Assembly: GCA_951406725.2 (NCBI GenBank)
Contig: OX597815.1
Span: forward strand, 36,084,001 to 36,148,000
From: Octopus vulgaris
Taxonomy: Eukaryota
Direction of reading: 5' to 3'
Length of the DNA stretch: 64,000 bases
Part shown: positions 60,471 through 64,000 of the stretch, in pieces
How the letters are laid out: every line of letters begins with the position of its first letter
Numbering within the stretch: the first letter of the stretch is position 1
Position numbers and translations under genes: made by a program
The notes under the pieces: model-generated
Database searches by the model: none
Told to the model about the DNA's origin: nothing
Seen by the model: the letters and a program-made list of their open reading frames with translations, nothing else

Positions 60471-60630
60471 TATTTCTTTACTACCCACAAGGGGCTACAC
60501 ACAGAGGGGACAAACAAGGACAGACAAACGGATTAAGTCGATTATATCGACCTCAGTGCGTAACTGGTACTTATTTAATTGACCCCGAAAGGATGATCGA
60601 CCTCGGCAGAATTTGAACTCAGAACGTAGC
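60471..60630 (-). mobile_element. SINE family B, 5'-truncated
   Basis: Reverse complement matches the 3' part of 18111-18374. Confidence 0.85.
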
Positions 60631-62163
60631 GAAGAAAAAAGAGATGGATGCATTTGCTAATGTAACTCTAGACAAAAAGAGAGGATGGTCATAACTGGAA
60701 TGCTTTTGATTAAGGGTTTGCTCAGAGTTGAACTTGGGATAAAGAACAACAGCACTGCAATTTTTTTTACTGTCAGACACCTTTTTTCTCACCAACCCTC
60801 ACCTGTTTCCAAGCAAGGTAATATTTCCCCATGGTCAGACACATTTTTCACAGAAGACTGGAAATGAACATCAATTTTATGACGATGCTTCATTTACAAT
60901 CATGATGTCAAGACAAGAGTACACATAAACATACACACACACACACACACCTACATGCACACAAAGTAGTTATTCCCTTGGTCAAGGATGTTGTCTACCT
61001 AGGAATGGATACCCTCTCTCTCTTTCGGAGAGGCACTGAGCAGCTATACGCACACATACACACACAGCAGTAACTTCCACCTACCGAATTCAATCACAAA
61101 GCTTCAGTCGGCTCGGGGCTATAGCGGAAGACACCTACCCAAAGTGCCATGCAGTGGGACTGAACCCAAAACCATGTAGTAGGAAAGCAAGCTCCCTAAC
61201 CACACAGCCATTCAAAAAAGTAACAAGGATATCCAGAGGTAATGCAGTACAATTGTTTCGTGTGACTCCAGTTAATTGAACAATGCAAACATTACATCAA
61301 TTTAAAATGTAGAGCAATCTTCAGCTGCATAAAAATATAGAATTTAGTTAAATTCGAAGGATTCATTTATATAATTTTCATTTTATCCAAAACAACCAAG
61401 AGGGCAAGTAGATAAACAAAGAACATGGATACATGTACGTGATGAATTCAGCTCACAATTACAAGCAGGATTAAAATCCAGAGTTGAGCCTGGTTAAGTA
61501 AGACAGGCTTGGTCTGAGGTCAAGTGGCTTCTATAATCATACTGGAGAATTTCAACTTGGCAGTATTGTCAATTTTAATGGTTCTGTTGTTGTTTAGTCC
61601 TAGGTAAGCCCTGAATGATCAAAAACATTCCTGCCATGACTATCTCTGTCTTTCTTTTTTCAAGTATTGTATTCACAGAACTAGATTATCCCATGTCTTT
61701 TGTTTTGTTTTTTTGTTTTTTTAATCAGTAGGGTGTAATTTAAGGGTGTTTTTTTCTTTTTCGAGGAGGTTGAGTAACCACATGTAAGTTTCCTAACTCT
61801 TTGTGCAATGCTAATATGGTGTCAAGTCTATTTGTGCAATTAGGGCTTTTACATTTTATTTTTATCGTATCTAGGGAAGGTCATTATGCCAATAATAAGG
61901 AACACACACACTGGTGTGTTTATTATTATTGGTGTAATGATCTTCCCTATAACAAAATTCATTTCAACACACAAGTTCACATTGAGAATCTTGCAAACCA
62001 AATGCAAAAACAAATTATTTTATTTTTGACTACCATGATTTTAGTATGGTTTTATTAGCCGGACATCCTTCCCAATATCAGTCACTTTACAGCTTAGACT
62101 GGATTCGTTTTATCATGCCATCAGTATTAAGAAGGTTGTCAGAACTGAAGTGTTTCCATTTGA

Positions 62164-62355
62164 CGGGGCGAAATGCTTAGCGGTATTTCGTCTGCTGTTA
62201 CGTTCTGAGTTCAAATTCTGTCGAGATCGACTTTGCCTTTCATCTTTTCGGGGCCGATAAATTAAGTACCAGTTACACACTGGGGTCGATATAATCAACT
62301 TAATCTGTTTGTTTGTCCTCTCTGTGTTTAGCCCCTTGTGGGTAGTAAAGAAATA
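62164..62355 (+). mobile_element. SINE family B, 5'-truncated
   Basis: Matches 18140-18370 including the tail. Confidence 0.85.
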
Positions 62356-62917
62356 GGTATCAAGTCCCCCCCCACCGAATTACAGGTCTTTTATTCGGGT
62401 TGTCTTCAATTATGCTTTCTTTCTCCCAGAAGTAAAACTTTATCTGAAATAACAGAAACGTCACTCCAGCATGACACACAGTCTTAAGTAATTTTACTTA
62501 TATTCACACATACATTCACATACACACAAATGCACACACATACACACATACCAGCAGAGAGAGTAACAAAGATTGGGAAAGTCAGTTCAAGTGGTTTATT
62601 TGAAAGAATAACAATCCAGTGTGCAAGTGTTGTAAACGTTTACTAACAAGCCTGCATAAATCAGCTGTACCTGATCATGAGGAATGTTGAAAAAAGTTAG
62701 AAATAGTGCGTTCTAATTTCAAACAAAGTCAAAGTAGTAAAGTGGAAAAACTTGAAATTAGATATAGTGTATAAATAGTATGTCAATATATCAGTATATC
62801 ACTGAATTAAACCATGAAAATAAAAGCAGTGTACTTGAAAGTGTTAAGTTACATCCAACAAACTACACATGAATCTGATCACAATGTTGTTACTCTGGTT
62901 TTGCTTGAAATATCAGA

Positions 62918-63364
62918 ATCGAAATTGAACCAATCCTATGACTGGCACCTGGCAGATGCCAGGACCCCTGGACTGGAGATACGTAAAAAGCACTATCCGA
63001 ATCGTGGCTGATGCCAGCGCCGCCTCGACTTGCTTCCGTGTCGGTGGCACGTAAAAAGCACCATCCGAATTGTGGCCGAAGCCAGTGCCACCTCGACTGG
63101 CTTCCGTGCCGGTGGCACGTAAAATGCACCAATCCGACCGTGGCCGATGCCAGCCTCGCCTGGCACCAGTGCAGGTGGCACGTAAAAAGCACCCACTACA
63201 CTCACGGAGTGGTTGGCTTTAGGAAGGGCATCCAGCTGTAGAAACATTGCCAGATAAGACCGGAGCCTGGTGCAGCCTTCTGGCTTCCCAGATCCCCGGT
63301 CGAACCGTCCAACCCATGCTAGCATGGAGAACGGACGTTAAATGATGATGATGATGATGATGAT
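62918..63364 (+). mobile_element. Second copy of the RTE-tailed tandem-repeat element
   Basis: Same 5' start atcgaaattgaaccaatcctatgactggcacc and same tail as 42448-42885. Confidence 0.85.
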
Positions 63365-63554
63365 TATTTGACCAGTTAAAAATTCAAAATATTTGTTAAC
63401 TGTCAAATCAATTGATATAATGTGAGGTATTTTTCCCACAAGTATCAAAGAGTACAGCCATTCATTTTAGGAATAATTCCGGTTGCCTCAGTGACTGGTG
63501 AAAGTTTATATATAAAGGAATTGAACAGCAGCAATTGAACAATAGCAATTGAAT

Positions 63555-63931
63555 GCAGGAGTGGCTGTGTGATAAGTAGCTTGCTTATCAACCACATGGT
63601 TCCCGGTTCATTCCCACTGCATGGCACCTTAGGCAAGTGTCTTCTACTATAGCCTCGGGCTGACCATGTGGATTTGGTAGATGGAAACTGAAGGAAGCCC
63701 ATCGTATATATGATGTGTGTGTATATGTTTGTGTGTCTGTGCTTGTCCCCCCCCAACATCGCTTAACAACCGATGCTGGTGTGTTTGCGTCCCCGTAACT
63801 TAGCGGTTCAACAAAAGAGACTGATAGAATAAGTACTAAGCTTACAAAGAATAACTCCTGGGGTTGATTTGCTCGACTAAAAGCGGTGCTTCAGTATGGC
63901 CACAGTCAAATGACTGAAACAAGTAAAAGAG
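63555..63931 (+). mobile_element. SINE family A
   Basis: Aligns with 33262-33663 with a small internal deletion. Confidence 0.88.
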
Positions 63932-64000
63932 TAAAGAGTAACAAATGACATTCATATAAATAATTGTATAAGACTTACATTAAACTAGGGATAAATGAAG

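Overview
AT-rich, repeat-dense eukaryotic genomic DNA. The SINE/LINE repertoire and microsatellite load suggest a cephalopod mollusc, probably Octopus (inference, no database search run). I reconstructed two spliced housekeeping genes by hand on the minus strand, neither captured by the ORF track: a complete 9-coding-exon eIF3g (35935->24434, 290 aa) and the first three coding exons of AP-3 complex subunit beta (10273->1651, continuing past the left edge). Most of the rest is mobile DNA: a full-length but frameshifted Tx1/L1-type LINE with a 10-bp TSD; a 5'-truncated CR1-group LINE with an intact ORF2; RTE and R4/Dong-type LINE fragments; several tRNA-derived SINE families; two solo LTRs; Tc1 and mariner copies; MITEs; a non-autonomous Helitron and a Helitron helicase fragment; and Penelope-type ends with hammerhead motifs. 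Best leads: (1) an intact 338-aa Tc1 transposase ORF lacking its first catalytic Asp, inside badly decayed and invaded TIRs (candidate domesticated gene); (2) a G_GGA_AAC slippery heptamer joining ORF1 to an AUG-less ORF2 in the CR1-group LINE (candidate -1 ribosomal frameshift); (3) a SINE family whose 3' tail matches the Tx1 LINE tail, alongside other cases of SINE tail swapping; (4) minimal hammerhead motifs and a highly structured RTE-like non-coding element. All alignments and folds were done by eye.
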